A stretch of DNA of 63,595 nt, filler included, from Klebsormidium nitens (Eukaryota; Plantae; Klebsormidiophyceae), in NCBI GenBank assembly GCA_000708835.1. It is 3 parts of 3 records of this genome, joined end to end, with 100 filler letters (N's around TTAATTAATTAA, not from the genome) between each part and the next. Parts side by side here need not be neighbours in the genome. Positions count along the whole stretch, not along the records: positions 30,207 to 57,736 come from DF237601.1; 2 more parts are not named here. One strand, written 5' to 3'. Below are positions 45,830 to 55,360 of the stretch, in pieces. Positions within the stretch are counted from its first letter, which is position 1, and every line of letters begins with the position of its first letter. Position numbers and translations under genes: made by a program. The notes beneath the pieces are model-generated. The model had not been told where the DNA came from and did no database searches. It saw nothing but the letters and a program-made list of their open reading frames with translations.

Positions 45830-47053
45830 TTGACTCCAGAAGAATTCATGAGGCAGCATGGCATCGGCTATGGCGTTGGAGACTTCAGTCAAGCGGTGGC
45901 GGACGAAGATGCTGAGTTTGCTGACGAGCAGGCTCCTCCATCTGTTGCTGCTAGGCATACTTTCTTAGGTACTCGTGCTTTCCGCCCTTTAACCACCAGC
46001 CCTCAGGTTTTCCCAGAGAGCGAGATAGCGTTTGGCCAGTTCTCTTCTCCTGAGGTGCAGGTCCCTGAAACTCAGCCTGATTGTGAGGTGACTGGGTTTG
46101 CTGGGAGCGAGGGGCATGTCACTGGCGTTGCATCAGATCAGCAGCATGGAGGAGTTGCTGCTCGGCAGGAGCATGAGCCTCCGTCAACTCAAGAGGGCCG
46201 CGGGGGCAGCCACAGGAAGGGGAAGGGGGCAAGTAAGGCACCGGCAGTGAGTGTCAAGCCGCCAGGTGTCACCAAGGCGACGGGCAAGAGTGGCAGGCTG
46301 TATGTGCAGCGAGCGGTCTGGGGTGAGGGTCATTGTTTGGTCTTGGCTGATGGGAAGTTGTCAACAGATGTTGCTATTGAGGAGGATGGGGGTGTCCGCG
46401 CAAAGCACACAACAGCCAATACCAGATGGGACTTGGTGGAGGATTACTGCTTCGCCAACGGGGTCCACCGTTCTGCTTCAAGCTGCAAAGACAAATGGGA
46501 GAATCTGTTGGGGGAGGTCAAGAAAGTCAGGGACTACCAGAGAAAGATTCCTTCTGGGAAGGATGGGTACTGGGCCATGGACTCGGCCGCAAAAAGAGAG
46601 GCTGCCCTTCCCCCGAACGTGTCGCAGAAAGTTTACGACCGTATCGTGGAAGCTCTTGGGGGCACTGCAAGCATGGACCCCCCCTCAGTCCTCCAGTCAG
46701 GCAGCGCGTCAGCTCCGGATAGCGAGGAGGAGGCCTATTTGGCAGGGGAGGGGCCTGACCCTGCGAAGCGCACCACGGGGTACCGCAAGAGGGCATGGGG
46801 TTCAGCTAAGAAGGAGCTAATTGGCACCTTGAAGGAGAACGGTGCTAATTTGGGCGATCAGCTCAAAGCAAGCGAGGAGGGCAAGGAGAAACGGTTCAAG
46901 GAGAGCATGGAGTTTGAGGATAGGAAGTTGAGGCAGCAAGTCGAGCTTGAGGAAAGGAGACTCAAGCATGATGAGATGCTTGGGGGGGCAATGCAGATGA
47001 TGGCACAAGCATTTGCACAAATGGTGCAGCAGAATGCGCGGCGAGAAATGTGA
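45830..47053 (+). CDS. Harbinger accessory Myb/SANT (trihelix-like) DNA-binding protein
   Basis: WGEGHCLVLADGK...RWDLVEDYCFANGVHRSASSCKDKWENLLGEVKKVRDYQ is a Myb/SANT (GT-trihelix) motif, followed by a C-terminal coiled coil. The frame is open from a possible acceptor at 45773, so a 5' exon may exist. Confidence 0.85.
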   Translation: MTPEEFMRQHGIGYGVGDFSQAVADEDAEFADEQAPPSVAARHTFLGTRAFRPLTTSPQVFPESEIAFGQFSSPEVQVPETQPDCEVTGFAGSEGHVTGVASDQQHGGVAARQEHEPPSTQEGRGGSHRKGKGASKAPAVSVKPPGVTKATGKSGRLYVQRAVWGEGHCLVLADGKLSTDVAIEEDGGVRAKHTTANTRWDLVEDYCFANGVHRSASSCKDKWENLLGEVKKVRDYQRKIPSGKDGYWAMDSAAKREAALPPNVSQKVYDRIVEALGGTASMDPPSVLQSGSASAPDSEEEAYLAGEGPDPAKRTTGYRKRAWGSAKKELIGTLKENGANLGDQLKASEEGKEKRFKESMEFEDRKLRQQVELEERRLKHDEMLGGAMQMMAQAFAQMVQQNARREM

Positions 47054-47680
47054 GGAGCTGGAAAGAGCTCCATCAAAACAACAAAACTGGTGTTTTCTAA
47101 CACCACCCTTCTATTGAGATTTTTTCACACGAACTTAGAGTAGCTTTGAGCTTGCCTTGAAGAGATTCTGAAACCTCGAGCTAATATTTGAGGGAGGTGG
47201 AATCTGCCACTTCATGCAGACTTCTCTCATAAGCTTTGCTTTTATATTGGCCTTTCGAGTTGAAGCTTGAAGGCTCTTACGATTTCTCTGATCTTGATGG
47301 TCCTTCTCTTGACGTTGAAGCTCCAATTGTCTGATGATTTGAAGCTTTGCTTTTTTGTGTCCCGTTGAAAAGGTGATTAAAGAGAATACTTCAAGACCAG
47401 AACAAGAAAGCTTGTCTTGATACTAGTTTCGAAGCTGATAAAGGTGGTATCTTTGGCTAGCTTCTAGCTTTTGATACATGACCAGAATCACCCGGCTTCT
47501 TTTCAAGCTGATCTGACGGCAACACTGATTCAGACAATTGAAAAGTCTGCAAGGCACTTGATTCACAGCAATGAAGTCTCACGTCAGCTCGAAGCGAAGA
47601 AAACAAATTCTGTTCGGAGGGTGGTGTTGTAAAACACCAGGTTTGGTAGTACAGCGGGGTCAGCAAACTTTCCCCAGTGC

Positions 47681-49132
47681 TCAACAATGCCAAAAGCAAT
47701 GCTCAGCAAGTGCATCTCGCACAGCAAGAGCATCGCGGTTGCCTCTCCCTCCAAGCGGACCAGCTGGTCTACCCCCCCCCTCAAAGTCAGGTAAGGGTAC
47801 CTCTGTCTCGTTGATGTAGTCTCCCCTGTCCAATATAATGTTGTGAAGCACAGCGCAGGCCCCTATCAATGTTGGCAGGAAGAATAAGTCTGGCTTGTAG
47901 ATCCTCCGCATTAGATATCTCCATATCCCCTTCAATCGGCCAAAGGCAATCTCCACAATTATCCTGGTGGATGAGTGGAAATAGTTGAACCGGTCGCGAA
48001 TGTCTGGAAGGTGGTCACCAGGGTAAGGAACTACCAGCCAGTATAGGCATGGATATCCTGAGTCTCCAACAATATATTGCGCCACCTCCACCCCTCCTAC
48101 CACCTCAGTCGGTCCTGCCAACCACTCGCCAGCCAGCACCTTCTGATACAGCTCAGAGTTCCTCAAGATTCTGGAATCGTTCGCGCTTCCTGGCCAACCC
48201 ACTGTAATGTCCAAGAACTTCCCGTTGGCATCCACCACAGCTTGCATAGTCATGCTATAATTGTGGTCTCTATCAAACCAGCAAGTGGCGGACGCTGAGT
48301 TTGGCAACTCAAGGACAAAGTGTGTGCAATCAACTGCCCCACAGCAGTTAGGAAGGCCCCTCTTCTCTTTGAATCCTTGAATCACTAGCTCCATCTCAGC
48401 CTCAGTCGATGGCCAAGAAAGATGCTGAGGTCGTAAGGTGGACCAGACAGCCCTACAGAACTTTCTGCTTGTGAGGCTGACAGTGCCCTCACTGACCCCA
48501 AACAGCTCACTGATTAAGAAGGTAGAATGACCAGAAGCGAGACGGTTGAGTGACATGGCAATCTGGCGTTTTACGGTCAACACTCGGTTGGGGATCTTGG
48601 AAAAGGAGAATGGTACATTGGTTTGTAGATCAGTTGTGAGCTCGTCCACGAGGTACTGGAAGGTATCTCGACTTACTCTGAAGAGCCTGTGCCATCTCTC
48701 ATCGTCCAATTCATCAGCTTCAAAGGAGTCCCACCAAGCTATGCTCCGAGGCTTGATGTAGTGAACGCCAGTGGTGTCCTTATCAAGAGGGAAGGTGTTC
48801 GGATCTGCTCCTGCGCATGCTTCTGCCCCAGCGATCAGGAAGATAATCTCTGAGTCGTCCTCCTCCCAAAAGACAGAGCTGGGAGTTGCAGAGTGCTGAA
48901 ATGCTGAGCGCACTGCAGCGTTGGACTGGATGATGGCTACTGTCGCCTGCAACAAGGAGAGAAAAATTCCCCAGAAAGCAAGGTCGCTTCCGTCCATGGT
49001 GTCCTTCTTGAAATGAAAAGCTTTGTGAACCTGGCACAAAGTATAGCTGTAGCCTGTAGCTTCCTCGAAATATTGAAAGGCCAGATTGAAACTTGCTTCC
49101 TGCGTGATTTGAATTCTGATTCTTGCAGTCAC
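47681..49132 (-). CDS. Harbinger (HARBI1-like, DDE_Tnp_4) transposase
   Basis: Uninterrupted ORF (first ATG at 48997). FRVSRDTF, HTH (LNRLASG...ISELFGVSEGTVS), GAVDCTHF, MQAVVDANGKF...GWPGSANDSRIL, IVGDSGYP, FNYFHSSTRIIVEIAFGRLKG; the D-D-E triad is present. Confidence 0.93.
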   Translation of the reverse strand: MTARIRIQITQEASFNLAFQYFEEATGYSYTLCQVHKAFHFKKDTMDGSDLAFWGIFLSLLQATVAIIQSNAAVRSAFQHSATPSSVFWEEDDSEIIFLIAGAEACAGADPNTFPLDKDTTGVHYIKPRSIAWWDSFEADELDDERWHRLFRVSRDTFQYLVDELTTDLQTNVPFSFSKIPNRVLTVKRQIAMSLNRLASGHSTFLISELFGVSEGTVSLTSRKFCRAVWSTLRPQHLSWPSTEAEMELVIQGFKEKRGLPNCCGAVDCTHFVLELPNSASATCWFDRDHNYSMTMQAVVDANGKFLDITVGWPGSANDSRILRNSELYQKVLAGEWLAGPTEVVGGVEVAQYIVGDSGYPCLYWLVVPYPGDHLPDIRDRFNYFHSSTRIIVEIAFGRLKGIWRYLMRRIYKPDLFFLPTLIGACAVLHNIILDRGDYINETEVPLPDFEGGGRPAGPLGGRGNRDALAVRDALAEHCFWHC

Positions 49133-49666
49133 TCCCGCCTAGCTTGCGGTGACAGTCTGGACAGTTGCATTGTTGCTTCGTAGGTATGCTGGCAGGTGTC
49201 GCGCCGGCCGGCCTGACCACGTGGCACTCTGGGTTTTTCATGCCAGGCCGACAGTCTGCACTCTCCACTCTATGAATGCGTCCAACCGGAAACAACTTTG
49301 ACCAAAGGACCTCTGGTAGGTCCTTTGGTCAACGCTACTTTCGGTTCCGTGATTGTCGGGAGTTTTTGAGCCCAAAGACGGTGGTCCAACGACGGTTCGG
49401 TCAGCCGACCCAACTTTTGCAATGCAAACACCGGTTCCGGTTGGACGACGTCAGCATTTCCAACCGAACCGGTCCAATGTAATGGAGGCCTTAGGTGGCC
49501 CGGCCTTGGTGGGGGTAGGTACACCGGGCGGACGTGTCAAACTTCACGAGTGCACGGTAACAGTCCTACGGTAATGCTTTCTGCTTCAAACAGCGCTGGC
49601 GTGTGGGTGCGACTCGTTTAGATCCCTGCTCCAAGCTTGAGTAAGGGAATGCGTAAGGAGACGAAC

Positions 49667-50040
49667 ATGGAAGCGAAACAGGTCCATGCCTCCTCAGTGG
49701 CAGCTGTGGATGAAAAAGAGAAGGAACTCAGCAAAGCTCCAGGAAATGCAGTACAGCAGTGGAGGCATCAGCGGCCCAAAAGGAGAAAGAGATGAGGGCC
49801 GAAATGAAGGCAGCTGTGGAGGCACAAAAGGAGAAAGAGATGAAAGCCAATGTAAAGGCGGCTGTGGAGGATTCAGTGGCCAAAGGAAAGAGGAAGATGA
49901 GGGCAGAAATGAAGGCAGCCGTGGCTCAGAGGGGAAAAGAGATGAGGGCCGACTGTGGAGACATCAGTGGCCCGAATGAGAAAGAGATGAGGGCCCACAT
50001 GAAGGCGGCTGTGGAGACGAGAGAGACTGAAATCAGGTAT
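49667..50040 (+). repeat. Degenerate 48-bp coiled-coil-coding repeat (KEKEMRAEMKAAVEAQ)
   Basis: AAGGAGAAAGAGATG recurs at ~49780 and ~49828, with further degenerate units to ~50030. The frame is broken near 49755. Confidence 0.6.
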
Positions 50041-50479
50041 GAATCGCCGGCAGTAGAATGCAATGTTTTGGGTCGCCGTGTATGCAGAGTTGTCTGACAG
50101 GATCTTTTTGTCTATTTCTGCTGACACATTCACAACATAATTCGCGACATCCAGTCCTAATTTCTAGCTGTAAGTCCATACTCCGAGGACATGGGCATAT
50201 GGTTTATAACAATGTAGATGGCTCTCATAAAAAGCATCAAGCACATTGGGCCGTATCTGACGAGGCGGGTAATGTCTGGATACACTCATACTACTTACAT
50301 TGCACCCCTGCACGATCGTTTACTTATTTCCAAAGTAATAATACACCACATCATCTCAAGATTAATACTCCCCCCGCTTTCTTGCGCTGCTATATCAGAA
50401 CTTCGCAATCTTGTTGTTCGCGCGGCGTCTATGCTATCATGTCCCCCTTGCTCAGCTATACCAAAACAGCGTTGAAGCC

Positions 50480-50900
50480 CAACATTTTAACCATTATTTT
50501 TGTACCCCGCTGGCGGAGCTGTGCTCGGCGTCCGCGACATGATCTCCTCCTCGCTCAGCAACACCAGAAATTAGCATCTAAGAAGGTGATCTCAACCCCA
50601 CTTTTTTTACCCCGCGGGCGAAGCTTTGCTCAGCGTCTAGGAGATGATCTCACCCTCGCTCAGCACTACCAGAAATCAGCATCTGAGACAATGTTTTTTA
50701 ACCATGAACTTTTTTCACCCCCGCCGGCGAAGTGTCGCTCGGCATCTACGAGATGATCTTCCCCTCAGTTGACGATTTCAAAACGCCGCATCTAAGACAA
50801 GATTTTGATCATAAACTTTCAATCCCGGCCGGCGAAATTTTGCTCGCCGTCTACCAGATTTCCCTCTTGCTCAGCAATACCAGAAACATCATTCAAGAAA
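50480..50900. repeat. Four diverged ~105-109-bp tandem units
   Basis: CCCCGC.GGCG(A/G)AG...GCTC.GC.TC...GA.ATGATCT...CTCGCTCAGCA..ACCAGAAAT.AGCATCT units start at ~50505, 50610, 50719 and 50824. Confidence 0.8.
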
Positions 50901-51335
50901 CGTTTTCGTAAGACCGTAGACTCTAAAACCATGCCGGCGGAGCCTGCCTGGACGTTTGTGAAGTCATGCTTCCAAAAAGTACGTCTGACAGATTGCTGGT
51001 AAGAACGGGCTCGCCGACTCCAGATGAAAGTGCTGCACAAAGGGGAGGGAGTCGTGATTCGGCGAATGGCAAAATGTGAGTCGGCGAATGGCAAATTATG
51101 TGCAAGGGATCCAACCACCGCCAACTCACTAGAATAACGCATTTTTCTGGTAACGATTGCAATTCAGCAAAAAGCCTGTCTTTGGAATCTCACCAGATTC
51201 ACCACCCACAGAGTTGACGCCAACGGGACTTGGAAGAATGGCCTCAGCTGCGTAGAGGGAAACTTGTCTGGCTGAGCATACTGTCACCGACTTCGTCAAA
51301 AGCGTGGATTGTGTTCCATAGCATTGATAAGGTGG

Positions 51336-52570
51336 TCACGTCCTTTTGTTGCGAATCATGTTCCAACGGAAGAAGCAACCCCTATCTTCTAAAACAGAGG
51401 AAGCAGCCTTTGACAGGCTCACCCGGCAATGAATTGCAGCCGGTTGATTGAAAGACATCAACAGAGAAGTCCAGTGACTCCAAAGTTCGTAAGTCGAGTC
51501 CCTTCCCGCCGGTGCCGTCTGCGCTGACATGATCTGCGTGGAAAAGAAATCTTTTAAATCACACATACTTGTTGTAGAGAAAGTGAATCGGTAGTCGGAT
51601 CAGGTAAGACATGTGCATCTAATTGTGACGTTGGAACGTGCTTCCCAACAGAATCGTCGGATCTCATGTGATTCGCATTCGGCTAAAGTCACTCACCGCT
51701 TTTCCCGTCCTGAAAGGGGGCAGCAGTTCTTTCCTGGGATAAGCCCAAGCCTGCATGCAAAGAATATCACCTCAATCAGCACAGACTTCAGTCAATATCC
51801 ATCAAAAGCAAGCGGACCATTACCATCACTCTAAATCAAAAGCTTGCATTTGCTTTCACGTAGGACAGCCATACGGGGTCCACTGGCAGCCCTTCAGCAA
51901 CAAGCTGCATACCCAAACTCACCTGCGGCTGGGGTTTCCATGGCACACAATGTGCGAATTGCGTCTTTGAGTTCTAATTCTTTGGCTTCATTCACTTGTT
52001 GAAGGAACGTCACTTTAACATTCAGCCTTCGGTTCTGCTCTTCTAAGAGTTGAATTCTGATGTCTTGGCCGTCCATGCGGCTAGTCATCTCCTCGTGCCT
52101 GTGACAACAGAGGACACGATCACTACAATTGTCAATACATGTGAGTAGTCCTACACACACAGAAGCATCGCAATTATCTGCTTTTGCTTTGGCTGCAATC
52201 TGCAGATCGAGTGGAGCGCCCGTAGAGCGATTCAATCATCCAATTTCAGGGACGTGCATTCTGTTCAGCTTCCGCTTACCATCGCTTAAGTGCAGCCTCG
52301 TCACAAGTATTACGAGGGGGTGACGTGTAGGAGCGCATTCCGCACTGTAGTTTGAGAGCTCGGACGGCGCGTCGAAGGGAGCGCAACGCGCCGTGCTGCG
52401 GGCTGTTCAGAAGGGGATGTTCAGAGCGACAACAAGTGGCGCCTAGGCTGCTCCAGGAGGCGCCTTGTTGCTCGAGGACCAGAGAGCCTTCTTGTTCTTT
52501 GATCATGTGCGGTCTCTTCACCGTTTGTGAAGTGTCTCTGTCTGCAAACGTCGATGTGACGTCAACTAAT
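51336..52570 (-). CDS. Uncharacterised spliced coiled-coil protein (5' end unresolved, possibly ~52800)
   Basis: Exons ...-52280, 52098-51923 and 51533-51423 join in frame with canonical GT-AG sites. IRIQLLEEQNRRLNVKVTFLQQVNEAKELELKDAI is a heptad coiled coil. The terminal exon (~51390-51336) is tentative. Confidence 0.5.
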
Positions 52571-53254
52571 CGAAAGCGTCTATTGTCTCGCTCCGATCTT
52601 CAGACTGAGGGGTTGCTACCCGCCCATGTGTCCACATCCGTGACTTGGAAAGGTTGAGGTTTTTGACGGTTCACTGCGCAGTTGCCTACGTGGAACTTGA
52701 GTGTTACCGGTATGACCACTCCCCCGGTCTGAATTTGTTGAGCCTTGACCCCGTGGAAATATGCCCGGCGATTTGGGCGGTTGAGGGGCACCGACACGCG
52801 TGATTAGTTTCCCGCATGGTCAACTCCCACATGGTTTCCCCTCCATGTAGGGATAATAAGAATACATGCTGTTTTATAGCCTAAAACTATGGACTTTGAT
52901 AATTGGATGATGCACGGACAGATCGTGAGCATCATGGGTAGATCACTTCTTTCGCGACCTTGAAAAGTTGACTTTCTGATATGGCCGAGTCTACCCAACC
53001 CCAGTCTCAAGGAGGTTTATGATAGTTGCACATCATGTACAATATTGCAGTCTGCACGCGCGACTGAGCGTGCCCGTCTAAAGTGTGTCCCACCCTTACT
53101 TGCAGAAGTTCCGTGCAGGCATTCGGAAGGTTCCCACTCGATTGCTCGCGGTGGCACGCCCCGAGCCGAGCCGGTCTCAAATTCCCCCAGAGACGTACAG
53201 CCCGCTCCCTGAGGACCATCAGAGGCTAAGACAACGCTTTCAGCGAAAAAAACA

Positions 53255-54130
53255 GCTGCTGAGGTGAGGCCGGGCTTGAGGAACCGAGAAGCCGTAAGCT
53301 CGATTGACTGTCGTTGAATGTCCGAGCAGGATGGCTTGCATTATTGTGCTGGGTGGTCTTTCTCCGCCATTTTGCTTATCAGCTGGACTGTTTTCTCAGC
53401 TCCCATGTTCTCTGGGGTTCCCTGTTTCAAGCATCGACATCTGTCAGCTTGATAAGTTCAGCTTTTCAGTGAATCTTTCTTGCAGATTGCCCTAAACGTG
53501 AGCAAATTCCTGTCTGTCCAACACTGGGACTGCGCCAAGCTCAAGCTCAAGCTCAAGTCAAGCCCGTACTGACTGCTGTTTTAGTGAGAACAGCTGCTGA
53601 GGTGAGGCCGAACTTATGAGTCGAGAACCGGAAGCTATATTGACCACAGTGAAATGTCAGAGCAAGATGCTCTGCAGTAGTGTGTGGGTGATCTTTTCTC
53701 CGTCAAATGGCTTATCAGCTGCACTGTCCCCTAGCTCCCATGCTCTCCCAACAAGTTTCAAAAATCAACATCTGTCAGCTTGACCAGCATCAGCATCTCA
53801 GGTGATCTGTCTTGCAGGATGCCCGAAAGTTGAGCAGATTCCTGTCTGTCCAACACCGCCTCAAGACCGCTTCAATCTCAAGTCAAGCCCGAACTCAGCG
53901 CCCTATGAGGACTCAGCGCCCTTTGAGGGGAGAAAATAGTTGCTGAAGTGGGTTTGAATATTATATCGAGTATATTGCATTGTAGGTATAAGCAGGTGCC
54001 TTTGTAGGATTATACGGGGTAGTCTCTTTTTCTGCAAGTGCTTATTAGCTGTGCCGAGATTGTTCTTCTTAGCTCCCATGCTCTCTAGAAATTTCTTTTA
54101 CAAGCGTCAGCATGTCTCAGCCCGGTCAGC
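53255..54130. repeat. ~330-bp tandem duplication of an exon-end plus intron unit (2 full copies, 1 partial)
   Basis: CAGCTGCTGAGGTGAGGCCG...TAGCTCCCATG.TCTC...ACATCTGTCAGCTTGA...TTGCAG...GAGCA.ATTCCTGTCTGTCCAACAC occurs at ~53255 and ~53590; a weaker copy starts at ~53940. Confidence 0.8.
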
Positions 54131-54169
54131 ATCATCCTCCCTTTTGACGAAACTGACGATGCCCCCGCT

Positions 54170-54991
54170 GTGCAGTTTGGAGCGATGGTGACCGAAGATC
54201 CGGCTTGGTACCCAGAGTTGAATTCGATTGATGGAATCAATCGTCGTCAGGTCATGAGGACATGCCCATCGACAGGGAGGTGTCGTCGGTGTCGGTTACT
54301 GGTCGTTGTGCGCGGGAAGAGGTCGACCAAATACAAGGTCAAGGTTAGTAATTTTGTCATGCGTCACAAATATCAAGTCAGGTGTTGGTTACGCGAGAGG
54401 GGTCTACCTATCTTCGACGAAGAGGATCGGATCAGACGGGAAGATGGCTTCAATGCAAACTTTTCGGTAGTCGACGACCCCGCAGCTAGCCTGGAATATG
54501 AAGGGATGTCGCCACCGGAGCAGCCCCAGCAGCCGAAGCAGCAGCCCCCAGAGGAGCAGCAACTGAAGTACGCAGGGGAGGGCGATGTGGGAGGTGGAGC
54601 TACACAGCAGCAGAGAGACGAAAGGAGCGGTCAGGTCAGCGAAGGAGTGTCTGCGTTTTGGGGGATCCCGGGATTTTCAGCCTGGCTGCGGGACTTGCCG
54701 GACATAGACGTGGACCTGAACAAGCTGGACTACAATACGGACCCGAACGACGAGGTGACTTCGCCGCCGTCGCTGCTGCCCGTTGTCTCGGACAAAGGAA
54801 CCTGCCCATCCGTCGAGCTAGATTTGCGCCGGCACTTTCTGGTGGCAGCAACGAGGTACCTGATGCGCGTCGTGGGGAGCGCGAACGAGCAGTTGAAAGA
54901 TTGCGAAGCAGCGGACCAGCAGATGATGCAGGAGATAATCGGGTCAAACGTGCGGTTGGTGATGGAAGTTCAAGGTTACATTCTGCAGTAG
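54170..54991 (+). CDS. Uncharacterised protein (273-aa ORF; weak FAR1/WRKY-GCM1-like Cys/His motif)
   Basis: Long ORF with an acceptor (GTGCAG) or an ATG near its 5' end. It contains RTCPSTGRCRRCRLLVVVRGKRSTKYKVKVSNFVMRHK and a Q/P-rich linker. The family is not recognised with confidence. Confidence 0.45.
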   Translation: MQFGAMVTEDPAWYPELNSIDGINRRQVMRTCPSTGRCRRCRLLVVVRGKRSTKYKVKVSNFVMRHKYQVRCWLRERGLPIFDEEDRIRREDGFNANFSVVDDPAASLEYEGMSPPEQPQQPKQQPPEEQQLKYAGEGDVGGGATQQQRDERSGQVSEGVSAFWGIPGFSAWLRDLPDIDVDLNKLDYNTDPNDEVTSPPSLLPVVSDKGTCPSVELDLRRHFLVAATRYLMRVVGSANEQLKDCEAADQQMMQEIIGSNVRLVMEVQGYILQ

Positions 54992-55360
54992 GAGTGCGGA
55001 CACGAGTAAGCGCGAATCAATCTCTTCCTTCTTGGACGTCACCGCGGCCGGCACTCCGCGAGCTATCATAAGGCCGAAACGAATTGTGAGGGCCCATGTA
55101 GACTGTAGACCTTTGCGGGCTTACTGTAGTAATGTAGTATGGTAATGTAATGTGGTAATATAATAACGGGACTGAATCCAAAATGTAAAAATGTTTGTAT
55201 TAAAGACCACAAAAGGAGCGAGTGTACAGTGCAGGTTACTTGGCAGACTCCTAGGATCTGAAGAACCCAGAACCCTGAGATTTGGCAACTTCGCTCGGTT
55301 CGTCGGGCACTTGCGAACCACTGGTTGAAATAATGATCGCATGCGTATGTACTTCTGCTG

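Larger units (their letters stand above)
45257..49490. mobile_element. Complete PIF/Harbinger DNA transposon, 4234 bp
   Basis: Perfect 31-bp TIRs: GGCCTCCATTACATTGGACCGGTTCGGTTGG (45257-45287) and its exact reverse complement (49460-49490). TTA TSD at 45254-45256 and 49491-49493. It encodes convergent Myb/SANT and DDE transposase genes. Confidence 0.97.
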
